A stretch of 61,049 nucleotides of DNA, filler included, from an uncultured virus (IMG/VR IMGVR_UViG_3300005239_001275) (4 parts of one record of this genome joined end to end with filler, not necessarily neighbours in it); one strand, 5' to 3'; counted from the first letter of the whole stretch, positions 23,316 to 32,304 are shown. The notes: generated by a model not told the origin, from the sequence alone. A program made the numbers and translations.

Positions 23316-23714
23316 TTATTTTTTTGTTGTTATTGATTTTGCTTTTTCCCATGAACGACCTACAAAATATGCGCCGTACACTGTTACAAGAAGAGTTTGA
23401 AATATTGGTATATACTCTTCTGCTATTTTAAACTCCCCGATGTTTCCATCAAAAAACGCGCATACAGTAAATATAACTGTTAAGTATATAAGTACCATTG
23501 GGCGTATATTTTTAGACAAGAAAGAATCAGACTGCATATCTGATTGCCATCTTGCTGTTACTTGCTCTTGAGCCTCTTTATCAGCTTTCTCAAGAATTTC
23601 TGTAATAAGACGCTGAGCTTCTAGTTTTTCCTCTTTAGTGGTTGTAAGATTATCTAAAACCTCGCCAACTTCTTTTATGACGGAACCCGTAAGCCATTGC
23701 CAAATTTTTTTCAC
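23316..23714 (-). CDS. Holin (3TM-type), copy A
   Basis: TARWQSDM.SDS.LSKNIRP followed by two hydrophobic helices and YFVGRSWEK. Confidence 0.7.
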   Translation of the reverse strand: MKKIWQWLTGSVIKEVGEVLDNLTTTKEEKLEAQRLITEILEKADKEAQEQVTARWQSDMQSDSFLSKNIRPMVLIYLTVIFTVCAFFDGNIGEFKIAEEYIPIFQTLLVTVYGAYFVGRSWEKAKSITTKK

Positions 23715-23950
23715 TTACCTAATTGATCTCTTTTTGAAATAGTTTTATCCTTAAGCTTTAAATGCTTGTATTCTGGACTTCTTTTGTCCATTTTTATTTT
23801 TTTACCAGTTTTAGGATGCGTGTATGTATATGTTCTAGCGTCTTCTTCTGGTTCGTTTTGTTTAATTGGATTAACCATGTTTGTTGGAATATCTCTACCT
23901 GTTTTAGGCATATCACCTCTTCCAGGCTTCATTTTAAATGGTCCGTTCAT
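23711..23950 (-). CDS. Small basic protein, variable allele A
   Basis: 79 aa sharing PGR..MPKTGR.IP..M.NP with 24786-25511. Confidence 0.55.
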   Translation of the reverse strand: MNGPFKMKPGRGDMPKTGRDIPTNMVNPIKQNEPEEDARTYTYTHPKTGKKIKMDKRSPEYKHLKLKDKTISKRDQLGK

Positions 23951-23980
23951 TCTCTTGTTATTACTTGTTTATATTATTTG

Positions 23981-24219
23981 TTACTTTACCTTTCTATAAG
24001 CCTCAGCTTCCCAAGGCAAGTTTTTAGCACCTTCCTGCATTTGTGCTCTTGAATATTTTTTACCTTTCCAATATACGTTTTGATCATCGTAATCAAGGTC
24101 TCCACGTTTCATTTGGTCTATATGAACTTTTTCATGCGCAATAACTTTTTTACACTGCGAAGGATCTAAATCTTTGTTTAGAATTATAGTGCCATTTTTA
24201 TTAGCTTACCCATAACGCC
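23981..24219 (-). CDS. HExxH metallopeptidase-like protein, partial, copy A
   Basis: VIAHEKVHIDQMKRG..LPWEAEAY. Confidence 0.55.
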
Positions 24220-24383
24220 NNNNNNNNNNNNNNNNNNNNTATGAGTACCGACTGTCGTGTGTCTCCAATATATATAACTGAACCATTTAAAAAATACTGA
24301 TTACTTATAGTATCGTTAGGTGTTATCTCTTGGATATTGTTAGTTGCGAAATCAGGTTGATTACCGAATTGTCCCATTATTTA

Positions 24384-24782
24384 TTATTTTTTTGTTGTTA
24401 TTGATTTTGCTTTTTCCCATGAACGACCTACAAAATATGCGCCGTACACTGTTACAAGAAGAGTTTGAAATATTGGTATATACTCTTCTGCTATTTTAAA
24501 CTCCCCGATGTTTCCATCAAAAAACGCGCATACAGTAAATATAACTGTTAAGTATATAAGTACCATTGGGCGTATATTTTTAGACAAGAAAGAATCAGAC
24601 TGCATATCTGATTGCCATCTTGCTGTTACTTGCTCTTGAGCCTCTTTATCAGCTTTCTCAAGAATTTCTGTAATAAGACGCTGAGCTTCTAACTTTTCTT
24701 CCTTAGTGGTTGTTAAGTCGTCTATAACGCTACCAACTTCTTTGATAACGCTACCAGTAAGCCATTGCCAAATTTTTTTCAT
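24384..24782 (-). CDS. Holin, copy B
   Basis: Nearly identical to 23316-23714. Confidence 0.7.
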   Translation of the reverse strand: MKKIWQWLTGSVIKEVGSVIDDLTTTKEEKLEAQRLITEILEKADKEAQEQVTARWQSDMQSDSFLSKNIRPMVLIYLTVIFTVCAFFDGNIGEFKIAEEYIPIFQTLLVTVYGAYFVGRSWEKAKSITTKK

Positions 24783-24785
24783 TTT

Positions 24786-25511
24786 TTATTTTTTAGCTAA
24801 TCTTTGTTTTTTTTGCTCTGCTAGCTTAGCTCTTCTTTCTAATATTTTCTCGGCACCTGTTTTTTCTCCGTAAATAAATTTACCAGAAAGTCCATATTTA
24901 GATTTGTCTAAACCTTGAGAAAATACATCTTTAGTTTCTCCGCTTTTTCTTATACCTCTAACAACTGTAGTTTCCTTGCGTGGTGCTTGTCTTATAGCTT
25001 GAGCGGCGACGTCTAAACCTCCTCCATCTACTCTTCTAATAGTTTGTCTTCCATAACCCATGTATCCTTGTGGGCCTCCAGTTTGCTGTATAATTTCTAC
25101 ACGCTCGATTGGATCAACTTTTTCTTTAAGTCTACCTATGTTTATTTTAGCTTTTGGTCCAGTTGTTTTTGGCTTTGTCAAACCAGTTGTTTTTATTTCA
25201 GTAGTTTTAACGCTTTGTAATTTTTTAAATTTTGCGTCTTGTTCTTTTTTACCTTCAGGGCTTAGTTTAGCATAAGCCTCATCACCTTCTGGAGTTGTTA
25301 TTACTCTTTTTGGAGTTGTTGTAGTAATTCTTGTTGTTTTTCCTTTAAAAACATCTCCTGTTTTTTCTACTTTAGAAGTTGGTCTATCAACAACTTCTGT
25401 TACTTTTTCTTTAGTTGGATCTCCAGTAATATATAGAGGGTTTTTCATTTGAGTTGGAATACCTCTACCTGTTTTAGGCATATTCATTCTTCCCGGTGAT
25501 GGCTTATACAT
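24786..25511 (-). CDS. Basic protein, variable allele B
   Basis: 241 aa, K/T-rich, in the same locus position as 23711-23950. Confidence 0.55.
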   Translation of the reverse strand: MYKPSPGRMNMPKTGRGIPTQMKNPLYITGDPTKEKVTEVVDRPTSKVEKTGDVFKGKTTRITTTTPKRVITTPEGDEAYAKLSPEGKKEQDAKFKKLQSVKTTEIKTTGLTKPKTTGPKAKINIGRLKEKVDPIERVEIIQQTGGPQGYMGYGRQTIRRVDGGGLDVAAQAIRQAPRKETTVVRGIRKSGETKDVFSQGLDKSKYGLSGKFIYGEKTGAEKILERRAKLAEQKKQRLAKK

Positions 25512-25541
25512 TGTCTTATTATTACTTGTTTATATTATTTG

Positions 25542-25745
25542 TTACTTTACCTTTCTATAAGCCTCAGCTTCCCAAGGCAAGTTTTTAGCACCTTCTTGCA
25601 TTTGTGCTCTTGAATATTTTTTACCTTTCCAGTAAACATTATTGTCATCATAATCAAGGTCCCCACGTTTCATTTGATCTATATGAACTTTCTCGTGCGC
25701 AATAACTTTTTCACATTGTGAAGGATCCAAATCTTTGTTTAGAAT
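25542..25745 (-). CDS. HExxH metallopeptidase-like protein, partial, copy B
   Basis: AHEKVH and PWEAEAY motifs. Confidence 0.55.
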   Translation of the reverse strand: MLNKDLDPSQCEKVIAHEKVHIDQMKRGDLDYDDNNVYWKGKKYSRAQMQEGAKNLPWEAEAYRKVK

Positions 25746-25854
25746 NNNNNNNNNNNNNNNNNNNNTTAGATCGTGTTTCTACAAGCCCATTTTCTTATAA
25801 TTCTGTAATGTTTCATAAGATTGAGGTCTTTTATATCATCAGCCTCTAGTCTTC

Positions 25855-26115
25855 TCATAAAACAACTACAACGTCACCGACTTTAATAACATGATAAGCT
25901 TCTTTTTCAACTTCTATTTTGTGACCAGCATGTCGGTCGTAAAGTATAGTACTACCTTCTTTTAAAGCTGATATATCGCTACCGGCTGAAACAACTGTAG
26001 CTTCCACATATCTTATATCGTCTCTGTGGTTTTCTGCTAAAAGAAGACCACCTTTTGTTTTAGTGGTACCTTCTTTAGTCTTTTTTATAATTATGTTACT
26101 ACCTATTGCTTTCAT
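25855..26115 (-). CDS. groES: Co-chaperonin GroES
   Basis: MKAIGSNIII..TKGGLLL..ATVVSAG..DVVVVL, adjacent to GroEL. Confidence 0.8.
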   Translation of the reverse strand: MKAIGSNIIIKKTKEGTTKTKGGLLLAENHRDDIRYVEATVVSAGSDISALKEGSTILYDRHAGHKIEVEKEAYHVIKVGDVVVVL

Positions 26116-26683
26116 CAATTCTTAAATTATTAATTACACAATCTGTAGATAATATTGTTGTTGCTACTGAAGCCGCGTTTTTAAGAGCGCTTTTAGTTAC
26201 CAGTAGTGGATCAATAATCCCTGCTCGTACCATATTCACTTCCTTGCCTGTAACCACGTTTAACCCTTTGTTTTTAACTTTAGGATAAACAACTTCAAGA
26301 CCTGCGTTAGTAAGAATTGTTTCGTAAGGTGCTTTAATTGCTTGTAGCAGCACTTGTTCACCTTCGCTCTTAGCTTTTATACTATCAGAAGCATTTAACA
26401 AGGCTATTCCACCTCCTGGTACTATACCCTCTTTTATAGCGGCTTTCGTAGCACAGATAGCATCTTCGACTCTATCTGTTTTTTCTTTTAATTCTATTTC
26501 AGAATTAGCACCCACTTTTACTATAGCTACTTTAGCTGATAGTAGCGCTAGTCTTTTTTCAAGCTTTACAAGCTTATTAGGGTTTTTTTCTTTTAAGAGT
26601 TGTTCTTTTAATTCTTTTATAACATTAGCAACTTCTTCTGATACACCATCAACTTGAAGTATTGTGTCCTCGTGTGATGTTAC
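26099..26683 (-). CDS. groEL: Chaperonin GroEL, C-terminal fragment
   Basis: VGANSEIELKEK.DRVEDA..ATKAA..EGIVPGGG and GIIDP..VTKSALKNAASVA. Confidence 0.92.
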   Translation of the reverse strand, partial: VTSHEDTILQVDGVSEEVANVIKELKEQLLKEKNPNKLVKLEKRLALLSAKVAIVKVGANSEIELKEKTDRVEDAICATKAAIKEGIVPGGGIALLNASDSIKAKSEGEQVLLQAIKAPYETILTNAGLEVVYPKVKNKGLNVVTGKEVNMVRAGIIDPLLVTKSALKNAASVATTILSTDCVINNLRIDESNR

Positions 26684-26727
26684 NNNNNNNNNNNNNNNNN
26701 NNNNNNNNNNNNNNNNNNNNNNNNNNN

Positions 26728-26739
26728 TTAATTAATTAA
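26728..26739. other. Artificial contig linker TTAATTAATTAA (also 28266-28277 and 58925-58936)
   Basis: All-frame stop palindrome flanked by N runs. Confidence 0.95.
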
Positions 26740-26985
26740 NNNNNNNNNNNNNNNNNNNNNNNNNNNNNNNNNNNNNNNNNNNNTGCGCTCACGTCCTTTA
26801 GCTGTAATTCACCAGACGGTGTTAGATCACCGCGTTTTTTAAGTAGTGATATAGCAAACTCTTGCTACGAACTGCGCTGCAAGGCGATCAATTAGGCTAT
26901 TACGCCCCATGTGTGCTTGTGTCTCCATATATCTAGTGTTCTATAGTCTTATATACTTACAGATAAAGGCGGAAACTTACAAATA

Positions 26986-27030
26986 GTGACAATAGCCCCT
27001 TACTTATATACCTTATAAGGCTTATGTCAC
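26986..27030. repeat. 12-21-12 inverted repeat, copy 1
   Basis: GTGACAATAGCC-N21-GGCTTATGTCAC. Confidence 0.8.
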
Positions 27031-27200
27031 ACTTAATTTTAAAAATTGTTACAAATAGAGGGTTATGGGGTTGCCACTCCCTATCGATAACACAAAAAAT
27101 TAACAAAATCAACTTAAAAAAACCAGCCCCGGCATCATTTTTATACATTTTTCATAAACATTTAGCTTTTTTACTGAATAATTTACAATGCATTTAAGTT

Positions 27201-27232
27201 TTACAAACAAAATAGTTTTATAATTGGATAAT
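27201..27232 (+). promoter_or_regulatory. Putative phage early promoter, copy 1
   Basis: TTACAAA-N18-GGATAAT upstream of a small ORF at 27281. Confidence 0.7.
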
Positions 27233-27365
27233 AATAATGTAAATACTTTGAAACAATAACTAAATTAAAATAAATAAACTATGAAAAACTATTATGAATT
27301 TAACAATGAATTAGAGTATGAAGAATATGCTCAACTAATGTGGCTAATAAATAATACTAAATAAA

Positions 27366-27397
27366 TTACAAACAAAATAAATTGCTAATTGGATAAT
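27366..27397 (+). promoter_or_regulatory. Putative early promoter, copy 2
   Basis: Same motif and spacing, upstream of ATG 27439. Confidence 0.7.
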
Positions 27398-27438
27398 ATA
27401 AATGTAACTAAATAATAATAAATATAAATATAATAACT

Positions 27439-27666
27439 ATGCAAAATTTACAATCAAAAAGATTTGTTGTACGCAAATCACTAATCGGAAAAAATCAAAT
27501 CATTGAAGTAACTTTCAAAAATGGTAAGTCATTCACTTACAATCATGATAAAGTATATGAAATCATGAAAGACAAATTGTCTTCTATGAATTGCTTTGAA
27601 AAGTACAAGTCTTACACTTCATCAACAAGTGTGCCTGTAATACTACGTGACAAAGAAGTTATCTAG
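27439..27666 (+). CDS. Early hypothetical protein
   Basis: 75 aa ORF downstream of the promoter motif. Confidence 0.6.
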   Translation: MQNLQSKRFVVRKSLIGKNQIIEVTFKNGKSFTYNHDKVYEIMKDKLSSMNCFEKYKSYTSSTSVPVILRDKEVI

Positions 27667-27750
27667 TATTACACCTCAACGGGTGACTGTCCGAACCTGT
27701 GGTCGTGGAACTGACTTAACTGGGCAGGGTAAATATATGAAGTAAAAACT

Positions 27751-27795
27751 GTGACAATAGCCTGTTACTATATAACCTTAATAGGCTAATGTCAT
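27751..27795. repeat. 12-21-12 inverted repeat, copy 2
   Basis: GTGACAATAGCC-N21-GGCTAATGTCAT. Confidence 0.8.
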
Positions 27796-28001
27796 ACTTT
27801 TAAATAAATATAATTTATAGTGATGGATTATGAGTCATCGCGCTATACCTCAACTATAAAATAAACTAATAAATAACTATACACCTATAAACAAAACTTA
27901 TTATGAGAAAATTTACTCACAAACTATTAATAAAACTTATTGACTATAAAGAAAACTTATATAAATTTCTTGGTCCTTCTCCATCAGAAACTAGATGGTA
28001 A

Positions 28002-28033
28002 TTACAAACAAAACAATACAACTATTGGATAAT
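28002..28033 (+). promoter_or_regulatory. Putative early promoter, copy 3
   Basis: Same motif and spacing, upstream of ATG 28047. Confidence 0.7.
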
Positions 28034-28046
28034 ATAATAAACAACT

Positions 28047-28221
28047 ATGCAACATAAAAATATACCATATAACTATCGTGAGTGGACTGCATCAAATGGA
28101 CAAAAGTGTTCATCATACACATGCAAGTACTTTAACTTCTATCCTTATCACATTATATCATTTCCTGCAAATACAGAACAAGAAATGAAAGATAAAATCG
28201 ATGAGTTGTTAGATAATCGAG
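28047..28221 (+). CDS. Early hypothetical protein, truncated at contig end
   Basis: ORF runs into the N gap. Confidence 0.5.
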
Positions 28222-28342
28222 NNNNNNNNNNNNNNNNNNNNNNNNNNNNNNNNNNNNNNNNNNNNTTAATTAATTAANNNNNNNNNNNNNNNNNNNNNNN
28301 NNNNNNNNNNNNNNNNNNNNNTCTCAGAGGCCGATTCTAGCG

Positions 28343-28434
28343 GCAACTAGGTGTGGATGCAACAGGAGTTATTAAATTAACCAGAGTTCATTACTGCTGA
28401 CGAGTATGAGGGTTCGATTCCCTCACTAGTTACA
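28343..28434 (+). ncRNA. Atypical tRNA-like element
   Basis: T-arm GAGGG-TTCGATT-CCCTC and GCAACTAG/CTAGTTAC closing stem; no canonical D or anticodon arm. Confidence 0.45.
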
Positions 28435-28515
28435 AATGTGCAGCGAATAAATAACAAAGACGCGCACCGGTCTAACGACAGTGGTGCACCGCGCTTAGGA
28501 AATGACTGCACACAC

Positions 28516-28593
28516 GGGGGTGACCTGGTATTGACGTGATAGAAAGCCTATATGGAACTATTACGGAAGACAGTTCGATTCTGTCCACCTCCA
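28516..28593 (+). ncRNA. Mini tmRNA-like RNA (tRNA-like domain only)
   Basis: Acceptor GGGGGTG/CACCTCC with G3.U70 and A73, stemless D-loop ACCTGGTATTGA, helix CGTGATAG/CTATTACG, GAA linker, T-arm GACAG-TTCGATT-CTGTC. Confidence 0.75.
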
Positions 28594-28666
28594 CTAATCA
28601 ATACACTCGTTAACCGTTTACGGCTACGGGCGATAACCCATGATAACGCGGGTGTATTGAAGATAT

Positions 28667-28739
28667 AGCGCTGTAGAGCAGTGGCCAGCTCGCAAGGCTC
28701 ATAACCTTGAGGTCGTCGGTTCGAATCCGGCCAGCGCAA
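28667..28739 (+). tRNA. tRNA-Met(CAT), initiator-like
   Basis: Cloverleaf with 1:72 mismatch (A/A), D-stem GAGC/GCTC, anticodon arm CAAGG-CTCATAA-CCTTG and T-loop TTCGAAT. CCA is not encoded. Confidence 0.9.
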
Positions 28740-28759
28740 CTAATTTTAAATATAACACT

Positions 28760-30609
28760 ATGTCAATTAAAGAATTTTTAGACAACAAAAACAAAATGCT
28801 TGATCGAGGTATTGTAGCAACACCTGGAAACAGAGAGCGGTTAGAGTTGTTTGCTAACGCGAACAATGGAAGTAACGACTTATTACTAATGCAAATGGCT
28901 ATTAACTTCGGTTATAAAATAGCCTTAGAACACGTTGAGGAGGATTTGTTATGAGTCAGTATAACGGATGGACTAACTACGCTACTTGGCGTGTAAACTT
29001 AGAAATACTCGGAGATATTGAATTTAATGAGCATGTTTCTGCAGATTATTTAAAAGAAATAACAGAAGATTGTGTATTTAGTAATTACGAAATGCACAGC
29101 GGATCTCACTTGATTGAAGATTACGCTAGAGCTTTTATTGATAAAGTAAACTATTATGAAATTGCTGAACACATCAACGAAGAAATAGATTTACAAATAA
29201 AAAACGAATACTAACGGATAATATAATAAAATAAACAATTATGCAAAAACGACTAAATTTATGGCAAAGGCTAAAGCCTGAGTGCAAAGAAGCTATCAAA
29301 GAACAATACAAAAAGTATACTTACAGAAGAGCTGACATTAAAGAAGAATTAAAATCTAAAGAATTTTTTACAGAAGTAAGCTATGGCATAGCTTTTGATA
29401 TAATGATACCTAACAAGCTGAGCTTTCTAGGCGATGCTTTTAATCCTCAAGTCCATGAATAGTGAAATCAAAGAACGTGCAAGACATAAAGCTTTTGCTA
29501 AAATTAGCTTTCTAGAGTTAGAAAACAAAGCTTACATAAGAGATATTAAAGCAGGTGGCGATGGTCGTATAAGTGTAGACTTACTTAAAACATGCTTAAG
29601 CTCTAACAAAAAAGAATTACAAACCTGGCAGTATATTGCCAAATTAATAGAAACAAATGAATAAAATTATTACAGACAAACTAATCGAAGAAAAACTAAA
29701 AGAAAAAGGTCTATCAATGTATGATCAAGTTGATGATTCTCTTAAAAAACTACAAGATTACTACGAATTTGAACTAACTGATTCTTACAACAGAACGCCA
29801 GACTATTCTATATTTGCAGAATCTACTGCTGATGGCTATGAAGTATGGGTTGCAACAAGCGGTGACGGTAGAAATATATGTATCAACGAAGATGTATACT
29901 ACTACGACAGTGATCTTAGCGATCCTTTATATGACGCTATAATGGATTACAACGAGCTTATATACGTAGACGACCTTGAAGCTTATTACGTGCAAACGCT
30001 ATTGATATGGCTTGGGGAAGCGTTTATTACAGAAATGATAGATGAAGTTGAAATGAATTATAGACAGGATATGACGTGAGAAGAAACAGAATTGCCTAAT
30101 GTTTACGTAGTTTATATAGCGAAGGCGACACAGTTGCAAATCAATTTACAGGTGAAGAAATCGAGCTTACTAGTGTAGAACTTAGTCTTTATGACTTTAT
30201 AATGGGTTGCAATATGCTATTCGCTAGAGGATCTAACAGAGTTAATGATGATATGATTAAAGATTTTGATCGAGCATTGACTTGGTTTAGAATTAATAAC
30301 CCACAAGCCTATATGGTATTATTAGATTAAATGACAGAAAAAGAAATAGAAAAACTAGCAGAATTAATTACAGATAAATTAATAGCTAAACAACAAGAGT
30401 ACGATGAACAGTTCCACATTGACTTACAAGAAACAATGATGAAAGACGGAGGGTTTGTACGTCAAGTGTCTGAGGAAGAACTATTACTTGCTGAGATTGC
30501 TAGGCTTATGACCCTTTTGTCATCATATGAAGATAAAGAGCAGTACGAAAAAGCTGCCATTATTAAAAACAAAATAGATAAATTAAAAACTAAATTAGAA
30601 AATTTATGA
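28760..30609 (+). CDS. Cluster of small early hypothetical genes (28760-28954, 28951-29214, 29241-29462, ~29455-29664, 29657-30079, 30331-30609)
   Basis: Tightly packed, overlapping start/stop ORFs; 28951 begins YNGWTNYATW. Confidence 0.6.
29191..29222 (+). promoter_or_regulatory. Putative early promoter, copy 4
   Basis: TTACAAA-N18-GGATAAT upstream of ATG 29241. Confidence 0.7.
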
Positions 30610-31433
30610 TAAAACCAATGCTCGCATACAAAGTAGGCAAAAAAGATGTCGACTGGTCCGGGAAAATATTTATACAACCTAAACTTGACGGTGTTCGTTG
30701 TATATTTACTAAAGACGGTGCGTTTTCACGTACTGGCAAACAATTTAAAAATGTTGCTCATCTTGAAGAAGATCTTGAAGACTTCTTTAATGACAATCCT
30801 AACTCAGTACTTGACGGTGAGTTGTATAATCACGATCTAAAGCACGATTTCGAAAAAATCATATCATTGGTCAGAAAAACTAAACCAACTGATAAGGATC
30901 GGTTTGAAGCTGGTAATCTTGTACAATACCATGTATATGATACCATAGCTGAAGGCGTTAACTATGAAGACAGATACAATTGGCTAAGAATAAACTTACC
31001 AATAGCTAGAACTATGACTCTTATTGTTAATACTACAGTTGATAGTATAGATGAAGCTAAAATGCTTCACGACGTACACTTAGCGCAAGGCTATGAAGGA
31101 TCTATGCTACGCACAAACGGCTTTTATGAGCAAAAACGTTCTTATAATTTACAAAAGTTTAAAGACTTTCATGACACTGAAGCTACAATTATTGGCTATG
31201 AAGCAGGTAAAGGCAAGTTTACAGGTCTTATAGGTAAATTCTTTATGCAAGATGATGATGGCAACAAGTTTGGCTGTCCAATCGGTAAAGGTTACAACTT
31301 CAAAGATCGTAAGTTTATATTAGACAATATACATAACTATATCGGTGAGCGTGCTACGTTTACATACTTTCAACGTACAAACGCAGGTTCTTACAGACAC
31401 CCGCTATTTAAAGCACTTAGAAATTATGAATAG
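30606..31433 (+). CDS. ATP-dependent DNA ligase (minimal)
   Basis: Motif I QPKLDGVR, LDGELY, YEGSMLR, KFK and a C-terminal RHP.F. Confidence 0.92.
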   Translation: MIKPMLAYKVGKKDVDWSGKIFIQPKLDGVRCIFTKDGAFSRTGKQFKNVAHLEEDLEDFFNDNPNSVLDGELYNHDLKHDFEKIISLVRKTKPTDKDRFEAGNLVQYHVYDTIAEGVNYEDRYNWLRINLPIARTMTLIVNTTVDSIDEAKMLHDVHLAQGYEGSMLRTNGFYEQKRSYNLQKFKDFHDTEATIIGYEAGKGKFTGLIGKFFMQDDDGNKFGCPIGKGYNFKDRKFILDNIHNYIGERATFTYFQRTNAGSYRHPLFKALRNYE

Positions 31434-31620
31434 AGATAAACATATATGGGAAGGTTGGACAGTCGGTGACTTTATTGATGATGTAGAGTTTGCTTTTAAT
31501 AGATGCGCTCCATTTCACGACAAACAAAGCCTTAAGCGTTGGGTTGCGCAAGAGCAACCTTATTACAAAAAACACATACCAGAAGTATATAAATACTTTT
31601 TACAAAAATCAGGGTTATGA
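31426..31620 (+). CDS. Small hypothetical protein
   Basis: MNRDKHIWEGWTVGDFI..QPYYKKHIPEV, overlapping the ligase stop. Confidence 0.55.
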   Translation: MNRDKHIWEGWTVGDFIDDVEFAFNRCAPFHDKQSLKRWVAQEQPYYKKHIPEVYKYFLQKSGL

Positions 31621-31699
31621 GTAAATTAATATGGAAATTATATCACGAGAATATGATATCAGACGAAGTAGTAGGAATTTTATTAGATAAACTATACGA

Positions 31700-32194
31700 A
31701 TGAACATATTTTACCTACACAGAGACCCATACAAAGCTGCAACATACTTTTATGATAAGCATAAAGTTAAGATGATCTTAGAATCAGCGCAAATGCTTTG
31801 TACAGCTCATCACGTATATGGTAATGGTGATAATGTACCTTATAAAAAAGCACATTTAAACCACCCGTCTACGATCTGGGCTAGAACTAGTAAGTCAAAT
31901 TACTATTGGCTATACGAGCACATGCTAGGTATCGGCAAAGTATATACTAAACGATACGGTAAGTACCATCTTAGTATTGAAAAATGCAGAGATGCTTTGG
32001 CATTTGCTCCTGTAGGTATGCCTGACATTGGTTTTACAGAACCTCCGCAGTGTATGCCAGATGAATATAAAGTTGATGGCGATAGCTTATCAGCTTATTG
32101 GAATTATTATGAACAAGATAAATTTAAAGTAGCAAATAAAAATGAGCAAAAAATTATACGACCATCTTATAAAGACAAACTACAATGGACTTAG
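31700..32194 (+). CDS. Pyrimidine-dimer DNA glycosylase (DenV-like) family protein
   Basis: MNIFYL..DKH..KMILESAQML..H.NHP..IW. Confidence 0.7.
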   Translation: MNIFYLHRDPYKAATYFYDKHKVKMILESAQMLCTAHHVYGNGDNVPYKKAHLNHPSTIWARTSKSNYYWLYEHMLGIGKVYTKRYGKYHLSIEKCRDALAFAPVGMPDIGFTEPPQCMPDEYKVDGDSLSAYWNYYEQDKFKVANKNEQKIIRPSYKDKLQWT

Positions 32195-32304
32195 AGATAA
32201 AATTAAACAGCAATCAAAAACTAGAAAACCTAAAAAAACAAATTCATAATAATGAATTTTTAAAAAACCGCATAATTATATGTACCTTAAAACCTCACGG
32301 GACT

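Noticed and set aside
26728..26739. TTAATTAATTAA palindromes as biological sites
   Set aside because: They are always embedded in N runs, so they are contig-joining linkers.
26957..27148. 63-aa minus-strand ORF at the strand switch
   Set aside because: It overlaps the palindrome and regulatory region and has no protein-like features.
28397..28403. CTGACGA as a hammerhead ribozyme core
   Set aside because: No properly placed GAAA or stem arrangement follows it.
28516..28593. Ordinary tRNA-Ala or a permuted two-piece tmRNA
   Set aside because: There is no D-stem or 7-nt anticodon loop, the ends are in standard rather than permuted order, and no tag ORF is adjacent.
28548..28739. Minus-strand 63-aa ORF
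   Set aside because: It is an antisense shadow of the RNA genes.
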